A DNA stretch of 64,000 nucleotides from Octopus vulgaris. Lineage: Eukaryota. The notes beneath the pieces are model-generated. The model was not told the DNA's origin. It ran no database searches and saw only the letters and a list, made by a program, of their open reading frames with translations. How positions within the stretch are numbered: the stretch's first letter is position 1; every line of letters starts with the position of its first letter. Below, in pieces: positions 62,249-64,000 of the stretch. The stretch is from contig OX597815.1 of the NCBI GenBank assembly GCA_951406725.2, positions 161,882,001 through 161,946,000 on the forward strand. The letters are read 5' to 3'. The position numbers were made by a program, and so were the translations under genes.

Positions 62249-63004
62249 CATTATTATTATTTTCTCTTTCATTTTGTATTTTATTAAATTTTTAAACTTT
62301 CTTTTTAAATTTTTATTATTACTGTTATTATCATAACTACTACTACTACTACTTTGTTATTTTGATATTTTTGTTAAATGTTCTTTTTTTTGTTTTTTCC
62401 TTTTTTTCTTTCATTGTTTATTGTATTTTGACCTTCAGAATGAAGTCAGGGGCACAGACAGAACCCACTCGCCTACCCCAACGCAACAATGTTTGTTTTT
62501 AAAAGGTAAAGAGGGGTCAGGGTCCAGTTCAAAGACAGAAGGCAACCATCTCAGTGTAAACTCACTGAGAGAGAGGGGGGAGAGAGAGGAGCATAGAAGG
62601 GACAGGTCAGATGAAAGAAAGAGAAAGTTAAGGGTAAGGTCAGTGAGAAAGGAAGGGAAAAGAAGTGTGATAGATGGGGAGGAAATAAGGGGAGAGAATG
62701 AAGAAAAACATGGAAAAAGGTGTGTAAAAGAGGTGCATTATGGGAAAAGAAATGTGATAGGGTGAAAAACATGTAGAGAGATAAAGAGAGTCATGAGATG
62801 ATATGCGAATGAAGGAGTGAGTGAGAGAGAGTGAAAGAGAGAGAAAGACAGAATGAAAGATAGATAGATAGATTGATAGATAGATCAATAGCTAGAAAGA
62901 TAGAGAGAGGGAGAAAGAGGGAGCTAGAGAGAGTGAAGGGGAAAGAAGGAGCTAGAGTGAGAAGGCAGAAAGAAGGGAAATTGAGGGTGTGAGAGAGGGA
63001 GAAA

Positions 63005-63058
63005 GGAGATAGATAGATAGATTGATAGGTAGATTAGATATATAGATAGATAGGTAGG

Positions 63059-63095
<37 letters not shown>

Positions 63096-63116
63096 GGATG
63101 GATGGATGGATGGATG

Positions 63117-63182
<66 letters not shown>

Positions 63183-63198
63183 CAGATAGATAGATAGA
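63005..63198. repeat. (GATA)n / (GATG)n microsatellite
   Basis: Direct observation. Confidence 0.95.
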
Positions 63199-63199
63199 T

Positions 63200-63520
63200 T
63201 GGAAATCTCGCGTAGAAGCGCCATCCAACCAAAATGCAAATATATAGGAAACTACCACCCGTGTCATCTCTTGTGAAAGGAAGGAGAGTCCAGTTTGCTG
63301 GACATTGTTGTAGAGCTGAAAAAGAGGTAATTTCTACTCTTCTCCTCTGGAAACCATCTACTTGCAATACCAGAGGGTGCACACTCTCCTACCCTGATGT
63401 AATCTCCAGGGATACAGGCATCCAGCAACAGGACCTCTGTAATGCCATGATGGACCGTGAAGTCTGGCGTAGCATGGTAAATTCCATTGTCTCGACCACG
63501 GTCGAACAATGATGATGATG
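63200..63520 (+). pseudogene. RTE-like LINE 3' end
   Basis: [47 protein letters not shown], then (GAT)n. Confidence 0.85.
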
Positions 63521-63542
63521 AGATAGATTGATTGATTGATCG

Positions 63543-63768
63543 ATACATACATACATACATACATACATACATACATACATACATACATACATACATACAT
63601 ACATACATACATACATGCATGCATGCATATATACATACATAAATACATACTTACATACATACATACATACATACATACATGCATGCATGCATGCATACAT
63701 ACATACATACATACATACATACATACATACATACATACATACATACATACATACATACATACATACAT
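63543..63768. repeat. (TACA)n microsatellite
   Basis: Direct observation. Confidence 0.95.
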
Positions 63769-63769
63769 G

Positions 63770-64000
63770 AGGGCTATGTATTTGCAATCCAGGAACAGGA
63801 GATTACCACGAAGTACTTCGTGAACAAGAGAGAGTGACACTCTTGTAATCCCAAAGTGCAACCACATGTGTAGGCTATGTCATGTTTCTGTGGAAGACAT
63901 CATGCATGTGATTAGCAGCTGTCCTAAAATGTCCTTAATGGTACTACCTCCCTATATGGCACGATGTAGTTGCTAAAACAACGTAAAAGAGACTGTCGTG
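63770..64000 (+). pseudogene. R4/Dong-like LINE zinc-knuckle fragment (runs off the window)
   Basis: GYVFAIQEQEITTKY..CRLCHVSVEDIMHVISSCPKMS..YYLPIWHDVVAK. Confidence 0.8.

Noticed and set aside
56-63867. Dozens of ORFs rich in YI, HT, CV, MYVC, poly-I/T/M/D/S or IYLS
   Set aside because: They are translations of (TA)n, (CA)n, (TATG)n, (CAT)n and (GATA)n tracts that lack stop codons.

Overview
AT-rich, microsatellite-saturated eukaryotic DNA, almost certainly intronic or intergenic. The SINE families and repeat landscape suggest a cephalopod (Octopus) genome, which is my inference. I found no intact host gene, and nearly all listed ORFs are translations of (TA)n, (CA)n, (TATG)n or (CAT)n tracts. 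The window is a mosaic of transposable elements: a full-length but decayed Ty3/Gypsy LTR element (46862-51829, minus strand), dozens of tRNA-derived SINEs in three groups, RTE-type and R4/Dong-type LINE fragments, a Penelope-like ORF fragment, Helitrons, and mariner/Tc1, piggyBac-like and hAT-like elements. The most striking signal not explained by the ORF track is RNA structure. About 15 minimal type I hammerhead-ribozyme motifs occur in roughly ten unrelated repeat families, mostly bracketed by (TA)n and often in fold-backs. Four look essentially intact (305-368 minus, 14843-14940, 52672-52763, 53362-53402). The last has a compensatory U3-A8 core and lies in a ~360-bp head-to-tail, retrozyme-like repeat. 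The RTE LINE 3' UTR also carries three tandem H-type pseudoknot motifs. All structures were folded by eye and activity is untested.
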